The notes beneath the pieces are model-generated. The model had not been told where the DNA came from, ran no database searches, and saw nothing but the letters and a program-made list of their open reading frames with translations. The translations under genes and the position numbers were made by a program. DNA of 64,000 bases, taken from positions 69,720 through 133,719 of the forward strand of contig JBAZXG010000004.1 of the NCBI GenBank assembly GCA_041660005.1, in the 5' to 3' direction. This document shows positions 9,440 to 18,772 of this stretch, one piece after another. Position 1 is the first letter of the stretch. Every line of letters starts with the position of its first letter. The DNA is from Patescibacteria group bacterium (lineage in GTDB: Bacteria; Patescibacteriota; Patescibacteriia; GWA2-46-9).

Positions 9440-10060
9440 CATTCACGTCCTCGGCCTCCGGCCTCGCGACTAGTTGGTACTTTCTTGTGCGGGCAAGAAA
9501 GTACCCAAAGAATCCCGCCCCGGGTGCTCTGGTCGGGCATTCCTTCCTCGGCAGGACGAGCAAGAGCAAACTCGCCTCACCTTATGGTTCGTCTCAAACA
9601 TGCTCTTGAACTTATTCGTCCTGCCTTCGTCCTCATTACCACGACCGGACACCAGGGGTTTAGCAGAGTGCTTAACCCCTAGGATCGGCGTAGGCAATGA
9701 CCAACAGAGAGAACTGAAACAATGGTCGTGCTGTTTGAGGAGTGGTAACGACGAGTTCACGACCATCGGTTCTCGGAGTGCAGTCATGCCACAGCCGAGT
9801 CCTCAGGGTGTCATTTTCTCGTTAGTCTTTTGGACAAGCAAAAGAGTAACAAACAGTCGCGAGGGCACAGCCCGAGGACGTTAAGAGTTAAAGAAAAAGA
9901 GGGGCAAATTACAGCCAAAATCTTGACAGCCAAAACAAACCATAATAAGGTAAGATGCTCTTTAAAATAATACTGCTCGTCTGTGCAGCCCTTGGAATAT
10001 ACCAGCAGGTGTAAATCAAGGGCTGTACAGAACGCTCGTCTAATAAGCTCTGCATAGGGC
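9440..10060. ncRNA. candidate structured non-coding RNA (unclassified), high-GC, ORF-free
   Basis: ~600 nt with no credible ORF (track ORFs use TTG/GTG starts and overlap in three frames). Many exact helices: 9476-9505 11-bp stem; 9550-9568 pairs with 9601-9624; 9721-9729 pairs with 9759-9767; 9652-9690 stem. GC ~58% vs ~46% background. Strand and class not determined. Confidence 0.3.
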
Positions 10061-10091
10061 AGGGTCAGGGGTGAGTAAGGAGAGAGAGATA

Positions 10092-10700
10092 ATGACACAG
10101 CAAAATGAAGCAAGTTTTGGGCAAGGGCTTGCCCTCGCGGCTCGCTTCGCCGAGTGCTTTCCGAGGAACGTCCCGCGCGCCGAGGTGCAAGCCATGGTCG
10201 ACGATCGAGACTTTTGGCTAAGGTATCTCGCTGAGGCAAGGGAAGCTTTCGCGAGGCGTCCTCTACCCGTCCCTGAGGCGGGAACAGAGTTCGAACTCGA
10301 ACTACCGATCATACCAGTGTCCGGCCTTGGCATGGTTCGAAAGGCTGGCGGGTGCGATACGGGCTTCAAGTTCGTAGGCTCGGAAATACTCGCCGGGCCA
10401 CACACTGGTACCTTCAAGCTCGTGTGGGTCAGCAACAAGGACAACCTGGAGTGTGTATGCAGAGTGCTGAAAACGCATGGTCGAATACCAGAAGGCCAGT
10501 GGCTCACTGCTCTTAAGACGAAATTCAGTAAGCCGGGTGGCAGAGGACCGATCGGCATCGCTGATCCATCCTGGCTCTACAAAGAGATTCGCCACTTTCC
10601 CTTCTTCAGCGAGTACTACCAAGAAATATGCTTCACTGCGGCGACCGAGGGCCTCAACGACAACTGGCGCTGGCTGGTCGAGGTCGAGCGCAAGAAATAG
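10092..10700 (+). CDS. hypothetical protein (high-GC island 1 ORF)
   Basis: ~202 aa from ATG 10092 (track begins at GTG 10071); SD TAAGGAGAG upstream; ~60% GC; hairpin plus T-run downstream; no recognisable domain. Confidence 0.55.
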   Translation: MTQQNEASFGQGLALAARFAECFPRNVPRAEVQAMVDDRDFWLRYLAEAREAFARRPLPVPEAGTEFELELPIIPVSGLGMVRKAGGCDTGFKFVGSEILAGPHTGTFKLVWVSNKDNLECVCRVLKTHGRIPEGQWLTALKTKFSKPGGRGPIGIADPSWLYKEIRHFPFFSEYYQEICFTAATEGLNDNWRWLVEVERKK

Positions 10701-10883
10701 GGTTTAAGCTTGGAGCACTGAACCCTATGTACGTTTTTGTTTACTTCTCACTTCTGCCGCACTCCCGTTATTGTCCGACCAACTCGGGCTTCGGGAACTG
10801 AATTGGCAGACAAGTAAGACTGGGCTCGACGATGCGCAATGCAACGCCGAGCCCTTTACTTTTTGTCGGTATCTATATCAAAA

Positions 10884-13808
10884 CTAGAAGCTCACCCCAC
10901 TACTCGTGAGCGGCAAACCAGTCACAGACGCAGCCAAGCGAGAATCCCTGCCGACGGTTTCAATTGAAGACAGCAAGAGCTGAATGGTGTCTCCCGCTAC
11001 TGCGGTTGTGGCGTCAACGACAACACGCAGCGCCATGCGTTGGTTAGGTGCTAAGGTCGGACCCGTTAAACGGTTACCACCCGCTCCGCTTATGGGTGAT
11101 CGCAACGTTGAACTGCGTAGTCGATTCGTTTCCGCATCAACTAATCGCATGTTGGTATACCCGCGAGTAACCGCAAGGCCGCTGGATCCTGCTGCTTCGA
11201 TAAAAGTGAGTCCATTAATCTGCACATCCTCAGCACCTGAGGCCGTGATGACAAAACCGGCAACAGAAAGATTTTTACCAGGAACAAGAGTTCCGCCGGT
11301 AAAGTTTGGATCGGCGGCAATGGTGAGTGCCGTGCGCTTAAAGGTAACGGTCGGAGTCTCATTATTGCCAAAAGTCGCCGTAATACTTGCTCCTGAAGTT
11401 CTGCCAAAAGCAGTAATGGAGCTGATCTTAAACTGAGAAACAGAACCATCGCTGAGGAATGACGAGTCAACCAGTAAGTCAACGCCATACTCGCGATTCG
11501 CACCAACAATAATTTTTAGAGGAAAGCGATATAGTCCACCGCTCGGCGACGCCAGAGTAATACCGCCAAGCTTTAAGTTGGAAAATCCTCGATCGAAACT
11601 AACTGGCGTTGTACCAATTGCCTCAAGCACGACCTCGTCAATTCGTATGTCTTCTCCTGGGCTCGCTTGAAAAAGCAGTCTGCCAACTTTAGTGCGCAGC
11701 CTACCAGCAGGACTTACCGCATCAGTAAATCTAGGATCGTTTCTTACGAAGAGAGAGATTTCCCTAGTTGGTCTTACAGAACCCGCTATAGGACCCGCAA
11801 AAGTAACGGTCTTTGCTTCGTTGCTAAGGGTAAAACGAAAATCAGAAAAATTTATCTGATACGAATCGGTTGCAGAAACGGTATTACTTACATTACCGAC
11901 CAGCTCATACGTATAGGTTTTATTAGCCATAAGAACGGGTGGGTTCGAAAGATAGACAGCCGTTTGGCGGTCGGTAACGCTATCAGCATCGATAGTCGCA
12001 ACGCTACCTCCTTTAAGTAACCGCAGCAGTAAAGGTCCTCTGAGCGCTGTATGCGGTACCGTCGTCGCCACCGCAACGGTCACACGATCCCAGCGGAGAT
12101 TCTGCCCGCTTGGCCGGATATCAATAGTCGCGAGTACCATACTGTCTGCGCCTTTCGTTAACGGACCAGTCGGACTATTCGCAGAAAGAGAAGCCGCAAC
12201 ACTACCGCCGACGATATGGATCGCATTCTGTCCTGTTAAAGAAGTGCTACCAATTGGAAAATTTCCTGCATTCGCTGCTGAGCGCGTCGCAATGGCAAAG
12301 CCGTAGTTATCTCCTTTGGCATACACATCGTAGTCATTTTCTATAATAAACTGGACACTGCTGTCTGAACCAGACACGACATCACCGCGAAGTACCAGTT
12401 CTTTAGTTTCGCCAGACAAAATTTTATAGGGCGAAGTGAAACGCAGCGCAACACTCCGACCGTTTGCAGAAGCACTGATCGCAACTGTTTTATTACGGTT
12501 GTCTAATAATTTGATATTCGCAAAGTCTGATAAGTCAGCGTTACCGACTGCCGTAAACAGCATACGCGCCAAGGACACACTCTCACGCCCCGACACAACA
12601 GACAATTTAAAGCGATTGAGATCCTGATCTTTATCTCCAACACGAATATCGCGAGCGCCGCTCGAAATTTGGACCGTATCAACAGATAACGATCCGATAA
12701 GTGCTGTGGTGCTCAAAACGGTAAAGGTTTTCGTCGTCAAAGGGAATACTCCGGTCATTGCAACATTAGATGCAGTTATTGCCGTCGGACTTTCAATTGT
12801 AAAAGAGAGAGTGCCTTGATTACTGGTACTTAAGGTCGAGGCAAAATTTACACTGAGTGTGATTCGCCGCTCTTGGTTGGCGGGCACTACTAAGGGCTCA
12901 GAAAAAGCGAACGACACCGAACTATTCACCAACTGCTGAGGACGCGTTAGCGAAAACCCGTTATCGTCGAATAACAAAAGACTGCTGATATCACGATCGA
13001 CCAAAAAACCATGCCGCGTCAGCGTAAGAGCAGTAACGCTCGCACTGCTCCGTCCGGCTTTAAAAACAATATTCGCCAACTCATTTCTGGTTGTTCCCGA
13101 CGGAATAGAAGCAGCAATAGACGTCGGAGTGATCGACACTGAGAGCGCCTCTGCTGATGGCGGTACGTCAGGCGCAGGTGGCAGCGGTAAGGTATCAGGA
13201 TTAAATGAATCGGTTAACCGGTACGCTAAGAGCAGGGGTTCGGGAACGGTCAACACATTTGACGAGCTAAATCCGGCCTTAGCAAAAACATCGGGGGAAG
13301 GAATAAGCGATCGCGTTAGTGCATCAAAATCAAGGTAATAAATGTCGGCGCTGTTTGCCGTTTTAACGAGATGACCATTTTTCATGCTGCGACTATCGTC
13401 GCCGCTGACGCTGACAATTTTCTCCCACTTCTCACCCGACCCAAGAAAACTTTCTTCTGTTGGATACCAAACCTTTTGCCCGGTCGCCTGATCAACGAAA
13501 TAGACACGCGGTCCGAGGGAGGATTTAATCAAGCGAACTGCATCAAATTTTGCGAGCGCCTCCGCCGTTACGTCCTTTAACTCAAGCAATCGATACGCAT
13601 AAGAACGCAAAATATCAACATTCGCCAAGTGATGACGAACTCCGCCAATGACGGCATAAATTTTCTTTGTCTGCGCGTCCCGCAAAAGTTCTGTTTTCGC
13701 GTCAAAAAGAGAAACAGCCTGAACCTGCGGTGCCCCCAAGAAGGAGACCGTGAGCACAAAAGCTGCAAAAACGAGTGTTCTTGATATATGCTTTATCATT
13801 AACTTCAA
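10884..13808 (-). CDS. large secreted protein (signal peptide, beta-rich repeats), function unknown
   Basis: 974 aa; N-terminal signal peptide ending ...QVQA; Ser/Thr-rich beta-strand repetitive body. Confidence 0.7.
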   Translation of the reverse strand: MKLMIKHISRTLVFAAFVLTVSFLGAPQVQAVSLFDAKTELLRDAQTKKIYAVIGGVRHHLANVDILRSYAYRLLELKDVTAEALAKFDAVRLIKSSLGPRVYFVDQATGQKVWYPTEESFLGSGEKWEKIVSVSGDDSRSMKNGHLVKTANSADIYYLDFDALTRSLIPSPDVFAKAGFSSSNVLTVPEPLLLAYRLTDSFNPDTLPLPPAPDVPPSAEALSVSITPTSIAASIPSGTTRNELANIVFKAGRSSASVTALTLTRHGFLVDRDISSLLLFDDNGFSLTRPQQLVNSSVSFAFSEPLVVPANQERRITLSVNFASTLSTSNQGTLSFTIESPTAITASNVAMTGVFPLTTKTFTVLSTTALIGSLSVDTVQISSGARDIRVGDKDQDLNRFKLSVVSGRESVSLARMLFTAVGNADLSDFANIKLLDNRNKTVAISASANGRSVALRFTSPYKILSGETKELVLRGDVVSGSDSSVQFIIENDYDVYAKGDNYGFAIATRSAANAGNFPIGSTSLTGQNAIHIVGGSVAASLSANSPTGPLTKGADSMVLATIDIRPSGQNLRWDRVTVAVATTVPHTALRGPLLLRLLKGGSVATIDADSVTDRQTAVYLSNPPVLMANKTYTYELVGNVSNTVSATDSYQINFSDFRFTLSNEAKTVTFAGPIAGSVRPTREISLFVRNDPRFTDAVSPAGRLRTKVGRLLFQASPGEDIRIDEVVLEAIGTTPVSFDRGFSNLKLGGITLASPSGGLYRFPLKIIVGANREYGVDLLVDSSFLSDGSVSQFKISSITAFGRTSGASITATFGNNETPTVTFKRTALTIAADPNFTGGTLVPGKNLSVAGFVITASGAEDVQINGLTFIEAAGSSGLAVTRGYTNMRLVDAETNRLRSSTLRSPISGAGGNRLTGPTLAPNQRMALRVVVDATTAVAGDTIQLLLSSIETVGRDSRLAASVTGLPLTSSGVSF

Positions 13809-13843
13809 GTATAGATAAGAACACTGGCAAACTCAATCCTCGC

Positions 13844-14944
13844 CTACCAAAAATGTCCAAAAGATGCCAATCGTGAAATATCCGAAAAAGTCACCAAAAG
13901 AATAATTAAAAGCAGAATAGAAAAACCAACCTGATGAATTTTTGATTCAATATGAGAGGCAACGGGTTTTCTTCTTACGACTTCGATAAGAATAAAAAGT
14001 AACCGGCCGCCATCAAGCGCCGGTATCGGCAATAAATTAACAAAAGAAAGATTAATAGATAGCAAAGCCACGAACTGTAAAAGATACAGCAGCCCCAAAT
14101 GAACGACATTTCCCGTAACGACAGCAATGCCTACCGGACCAGAAATATCAACACCGGCAGGAACACCCCGAACAAGGTTCGCTGTGGCTCCGCCAATGGT
14201 GCGCACAATGAGTACAAAATTTTGCCAGGTCATGCGCACTCCTTCAACTGGTGCCCAGTACCACGGATAGCGAATAACGCCTATCGAGCTTAACTGTACG
14301 CCAAACCCCACCACGGGTTCGGCAACACCTTCACGTTTAAATTCAGTCGGCGTTATTGTTAGTGTACGCTCACCCGTCTCACTCTTTAAAATAACCGACA
14401 CCGGTACTGAGACGTGGTTGCGAACATACTGCTGTAAATCTTGCAGGTGTACAAAAGTGTGTCCATCGAGCGAAGCAATAGACTCCCCAGGTATAACGAC
14501 ACCGTCCGCAGGACTCTCGGGAAGCACCGCCATAACACGATATGAAACATTCTCGACAATTGCTCCCTTCGGAGCACCGTCAGTAACGTCTTGCGGCATA
14601 CCGATAAGAAACCCCGCACTGAAAAGGACGGCTGCCACAAGCGCGTTCATGAGAACTCCTGCGGCGATAATAAGCGCACGTTTATACGCTGGCTGCACAG
14701 AAAAACTGTCCGGCGCGTCATCGCTCTTTTCCTCTCCCTTAATGCGCACAAAACCTCCTAAAGGAATCCAGTTCAAAGAAAAAATTGTATTGCCGCGCAG
14801 TCGGCGAATAATGGCCGGTGGGAAACCGACGCCAAATTCCTCTATGCCAACGCCGAAGAGTCTCGCCATGGCATAGTGCCCATACTCATGGACTAAAACG
14901 AGAAAAAAAAGCGTCAAAATAAAAACAACAACGCCAGTCATCAA
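13844..14944 (-). CDS. rseP: RIP metalloprotease RseP (site-2 protease, M50 family) with PDZ domain
   Basis: HEYGHY zinc motif at N-terminus, central PDZ-like region, C-terminal LDGG motif. Confidence 0.85.
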   Translation of the reverse strand: MMTGVVVFILTLFFLVLVHEYGHYAMARLFGVGIEEFGVGFPPAIIRRLRGNTIFSLNWIPLGGFVRIKGEEKSDDAPDSFSVQPAYKRALIIAAGVLMNALVAAVLFSAGFLIGMPQDVTDGAPKGAIVENVSYRVMAVLPESPADGVVIPGESIASLDGHTFVHLQDLQQYVRNHVSVPVSVILKSETGERTLTITPTEFKREGVAEPVVGFGVQLSSIGVIRYPWYWAPVEGVRMTWQNFVLIVRTIGGATANLVRGVPAGVDISGPVGIAVVTGNVVHLGLLYLLQFVALLSINLSFVNLLPIPALDGGRLLFILIEVVRRKPVASHIESKIHQVGFSILLLIILLVTFSDISRLASFGHFW

Positions 14945-15495
14945 ATTGTAGTAATTTCTTTTTCTTTACGCTCCCCGATACCGTCAATCTTGTCGAGATA
15001 ACTGCGCGTAAATTCGTCAAGCTCTTTTTGCGCCTGAAAACGATCGTCTTCGGTAATTTCCTTTGCCTTTTCCGCCTTATTGATCGCTTCACGTGTTTTT
15101 TCACGTGCTTGGCGCACTTGTACCCTGCCCTGCTCCAATTTCTGCCCCAATACTTTAAGTAAGCTGTTGCGAGTTTCTTGTGTTAACGAAGGTAGAGTGA
15201 GATGCAACAGTTGCCCGTCATTGGTGATGCTGACATTAAGCTCAGCCTGGCCGAGCGCACGTTCAATATCTTTTAACAATCCCTTATCCCAGGGCTGCAC
15301 TTGAATCGTACGTGGCTCTGGTACGCTTACGCTCGCCAGCTCTTGCAAGCGCATTTCACTACCATAGGCGGACACTTTGATGTTTTCCACCAAACTCGGA
15401 TGCGCGCGGTTGCCCCGAATCGTCTGCAACTCTTGTTGCAAATGCTCGATGGCATTTTCAAAATCAGTTTCACTTACAGTTATAAGTTGGTGCAT
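14941..15495 (-). CDS. frr: ribosome recycling factor
   Basis: 184 aa; typical RRF sequence throughout; overlaps rseP start by 4 nt. Confidence 0.9.
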   Translation of the reverse strand: MHQLITVSETDFENAIEHLQQELQTIRGNRAHPSLVENIKVSAYGSEMRLQELASVSVPEPRTIQVQPWDKGLLKDIERALGQAELNVSITNDGQLLHLTLPSLTQETRNSLLKVLGQKLEQGRVQVRQAREKTREAINKAEKAKEITEDDRFQAQKELDEFTRSYLDKIDGIGERKEKEITTI

Positions 15496-15498
15496 AAA

Positions 15499-16620
15499 CT
15501 AAAAACCAAGAGCACCCGAATTTTTACTTGCCTGCGGACGGAGAACCCCCAGGTAGAGAGCACTACCCAATTTTGGATCTACCAATAGTTTCGTCTTCGT
15601 GTTTGGGGCTGGCAAGGGGCGTGTCTCCCACGTTGCACCGGCGTCGGAAGATCGATACAGTGTGGTCGCGGTCGTATAATACAACTCGCTCGCATTCTGC
15701 GGATTCAGGGCGACATCATTAATTTCAACCTTACCGGTCGGCGTGAGTAACTGCAACGCCGCCCAGGTCACCCCAGCGTCAGTAGTGCGAACAAGTCCGT
15801 AATTTGAAGCAGCAACAATAGTATCAGGGTGCACTGGGTCAACGGCAATGGCGGTCATGTTTTTCGCTCCCGAAAAAGCATTTAAACCCTCACTCGTATC
15901 CTGCCACGTAGCACCGTCGTCTACTGTTTTCCAAATGCCACGCTTGTCAACGACGGCATAGAGCACCGAAGAATTAAGATCATGACCGACTAAATTTTTT
16001 ATTGCTCCACCGAGCCGTACAATTGTTTCCCAGCTTTGTCCGGCGTCTTTACTTTTCAAAATCTCACCGCTTGAAGTACCGGCAAAAATAACATTCGATT
16101 GATCGTGGTTGACTTCTAAGCTAAGCACGACCGTATCTTTTCGCGTATCAAAGTAGGGCTGTTGCCAAAATCGACCACAGTCAGTCGTCTTCAAGATGCG
16201 ATTAACCGTTGCTATATAAACAGTGCAGCGCTCATTGGGATTATAAGGAATAGCAATGTCGTTAATGGTGCCGCTGCGAATCGGTCCTGACTGCCACCAT
16301 CGTTGCGCCGCATCGTACGTATAGAACAGCCCCTGCCCTTGACTGCCAAGATAGAGCGTCTGACGATCCGTTGGGTCCATAACAAGCACCTGTACGTTCG
16401 TCGCATTCAGTGTGGGTCGAGGCTGCGTGTCCGTCGCTAAAATGAGGTTGGCCGTCGTCCAGGTATTGCCTCGGTCGGCAGATTTATAAATGCCAACTGG
16501 TTCTAAAGGTTGGTTACTAGAACTCGTACCGAGCAAACTCTCAAAACAACCCCCGAGGAGGAGCGAGAAAGGAAGAACAATTAAAATAAGGTAGCGGCGT
16601 AGTACGGAACGGTTTGTCAT
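15499..16620 (-). CDS. BNR/Asp-box repeat lipoprotein (Ycf48/sialidase-like beta-propeller)
   Basis: lipobox LLGGC; at least five SxDxGxTW Asp-box repeats (SADRGNTW, SKDAGQSW, VDDGATW, TTDAGVTW, SSDAGATW). Confidence 0.7.
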   Translation of the reverse strand: MTNRSVLRRYLILIVLPFSLLLGGCFESLLGTSSSNQPLEPVGIYKSADRGNTWTTANLILATDTQPRPTLNATNVQVLVMDPTDRQTLYLGSQGQGLFYTYDAAQRWWQSGPIRSGTINDIAIPYNPNERCTVYIATVNRILKTTDCGRFWQQPYFDTRKDTVVLSLEVNHDQSNVIFAGTSSGEILKSKDAGQSWETIVRLGGAIKNLVGHDLNSSVLYAVVDKRGIWKTVDDGATWQDTSEGLNAFSGAKNMTAIAVDPVHPDTIVAASNYGLVRTTDAGVTWAALQLLTPTGKVEINDVALNPQNASELYYTTATTLYRSSDAGATWETRPLPAPNTKTKLLVDPKLGSALYLGVLRPQASKNSGALGF

Positions 16621-17564
16621 ACTGATAGAGTAAAGAAAAAAGTGTTTAATGCCAAGCGTCGATTACCGTAGGTTTCAAGACGACGTCGCAGAGTCCCCAT
16701 CGATACCAGTGCGTCGTGCCATCGCCCCACAGCTGCTTGAGGAGAAATTTCCGTAACCCCAGGAAGCAAATAGCGGTGAATAATGAGTTCCTGCTCGCCC
16801 AAAGCAGCGAAAAGACCGTCGCGGAGTACCATAGTCCAAGTATCTAGCAAACGAAGCAAATCTGCCCGAGGCATGCTCGTCTCTTTAGCGACTGTTTCAG
16901 TAAAGGCCAGGCGCTCAGCGATTGACCCCTGGCACAACTGCAAAAAATCACTGGTGCTTTTTTTATAGGCGGCGTAGTGATCGGGTTCTGCAAACCAACG
17001 CAACGCTATTCCTGGTCTTCCGCCGGATACGGCAGCGAGTTCTTCGGCAAGTGCATGGGTTGCGCCACGCGTCTGTAACTCTTTAGAAAGCACACCAGCC
17101 GGAACGGGTACAAAGCGGCACTGCTGCAAGCGCGAACGAACCGTTGCCGGAAGCTGCTGCGGTTTCTCTGCAGCCAAAAGAAATACCGTTGTCGTGGGCG
17201 GTTCTTCTAGTGTCTTCAGAAGCGCATTCCAACCCTGTAGGGTTAGGCGCTCTGCTTCGGGAATAAGCGCAACCCGCCGCTGTCCGCTGAGCGGCGTGCT
17301 AGCTACGGACATAATAAATTGACGGACAAGTTCAATACTAATCGTTCCTTCACCCTCATCGGTCAAAACGAGAAGATCGGGATGCGTAGCTGTTGTTCCC
17401 TGCTCACCGTCTCCACCCAATAACGTCCTAGCTAGAGCATGAATGAATGTTTTCTTCCCAATATGCGAGGAACCAGAAAAAAGATAGGCATGATGCAAGG
17501 CGCCATCGCGAATAGCGACAGAAAAAAACTGCTGCCACTTCTCTTGACCTATAAAACCAGTCAT
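16617..17564 (-). CDS. holB: DNA polymerase III subunit delta prime
   Basis: 315 aa; AAA+ clamp-loader-like N-terminus (Walker A-like GSSHIGKKT); typical length. Confidence 0.7.
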   Translation of the reverse strand: MTGFIGQEKWQQFFSVAIRDGALHHAYLFSGSSHIGKKTFIHALARTLLGGDGEQGTTATHPDLLVLTDEGEGTISIELVRQFIMSVASTPLSGQRRVALIPEAERLTLQGWNALLKTLEEPPTTTVFLLAAEKPQQLPATVRSRLQQCRFVPVPAGVLSKELQTRGATHALAEELAAVSGGRPGIALRWFAEPDHYAAYKKSTSDFLQLCQGSIAERLAFTETVAKETSMPRADLLRLLDTWTMVLRDGLFAALGEQELIIHRYLLPGVTEISPQAAVGRWHDALVSMGTLRRRLETYGNRRLALNTFFFTLSV

Positions 17565-17592
17565 AAAAAATCAACAAATATGAAACTACTAC

Positions 17593-18702
17593 TTAAAGCG
17601 TACCATAAAGACTATCCAAGAGCACTTGCCACGTTTCTTTGGCGGTTCGCTGCCAAGTAAACTCTCGAACACGCTCATACCCTTTTTTAGTTAACAATGA
17701 GCACTGTTCGTCGTTGGCTGCAACTTCGCGCATCGCTTCCACTAACTCGTCCTCATTCTCTGGAGAAACAAAAAGAGCAGCAGAGCCCGCAATTTCCTCA
17801 GCCGCTCCGCCGCTCGTTGCAACAACTGGAACACCGACAGAGAATGCTTCCAAAATGGGCATACCAAAACCTTCATAACGTGTAGGAAAGAGAAGCGCTC
17901 TGGCACCGGTAAGTAACGCCATGCGCTCTGCATCTTTCACCCACGGCAAAACAACGATGCGCTCACTGCCAATCTTTTTAAGTATCTGGTCAATAAGCTC
18001 CGCGCCGTAACCACGTGAACCAACGAGCACGAGTTTATAATCGGGGTTTACCTCTCTAAAACGGGCAAATGCTTGTACGATACCGTCAACGTTTTTCTTT
18101 TTTTCATAACGACCCAAATAAATAAAGTAAGGACCAGAAATCAAACAATTACTGTTCGATAGCTTGCCTTCATCGCTCTTCGTACTAAGGTGTGGCGCCA
18201 GAAGCGTAACCGCAACACGTCGGCTTTCGATACCGTAAACATTTATGAGTTCGCGCTTACTATATTCAGAAACAGTAATAATGCGCCAACATCGTTTAAC
18301 GGCACGTCGAACATTCAAATGTAAGTACCACCGCGACCGTGCTCGATACGCTGACGGTAAACGCACGTAGCCAATATCGGGAATGGTCGTAATAGTGCGT
18401 TTCGGAAGCATGAACGGCAGAGCGCTGCCAGGAACAAAAAGCAAATCTGGTTTCCGGACGAGCATTTCAAAACTAAGTCTCAACACCGTCCAGAGGTATC
18501 GCGGCGGCCAGCGGAGTACCAATGACTCCCAATTCGGCGGGAGATAAGCTAAATCGTGAGTGAGCGCTTGATCGCTGTAGAGCCGCACGGTCACCTCCAG
18601 CGGTATCACCCGTTTGAGTTCTTCGATGACGTGGTATGAATACCATTCGACACCTGTCTTTTGTATTTTGTTGGCTCGCGATGCGTCTATGCCAATAACC
18701 AT
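17593..18702 (-). CDS. glycosyltransferase family 4 (GT-B, retaining)
   Basis: C-terminal EGFGMPILEAFSVGVPVVAT motif (E-x7-E region of GT4). Confidence 0.8.
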   Translation of the reverse strand: MVIGIDASRANKIQKTGVEWYSYHVIEELKRVIPLEVTVRLYSDQALTHDLAYLPPNWESLVLRWPPRYLWTVLRLSFEMLVRKPDLLFVPGSALPFMLPKRTITTIPDIGYVRLPSAYRARSRWYLHLNVRRAVKRCWRIITVSEYSKRELINVYGIESRRVAVTLLAPHLSTKSDEGKLSNSNCLISGPYFIYLGRYEKKKNVDGIVQAFARFREVNPDYKLVLVGSRGYGAELIDQILKKIGSERIVVLPWVKDAERMALLTGARALLFPTRYEGFGMPILEAFSVGVPVVATSGGAAEEIAGSAALFVSPENEDELVEAMREVAANDEQCSLLTKKGYERVREFTWQRTAKETWQVLLDSLYGTL

Positions 18703-18772
18703 ACACTACAGCATAGACCGCCCGACCTTAGCTGTCCAAAATTATCTAGCGGTACGCAACCTTAAAGCAAAG

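Noticed and set aside
9470-9884. Track ORFs 9474..9884(+), 9485..9682(+), 9470..9787(-) in the island-1 non-coding region
   Set aside because: They begin with TTG/GTG codons, lack RBSs, overlap one another in three frames and have Arg/Ser/Pro-rich junk composition typical of GC-rich non-coding DNA.
9440-10060. Assignment of the structured region to RNase P RNA, tmRNA or SRP RNA
   Set aside because: I could not find the P4 GGAAAGUCCGG / ACAGAANCCGGCUUA motifs, a tRNA-like T-loop + CCA end or the SRP domain-IV GGAA/AGCAGC consensus on either strand; left unclassified.
10698-10742. Hairpin AGGGTT...AACCCT + T-run after the island-1 ORF as a feature-level terminator
   Set aside because: Only a 6-bp stem with a 16-nt loop, and the T-run is 8 nt from the stem; mentioned in the ORF evidence but too weak to list as a terminator.
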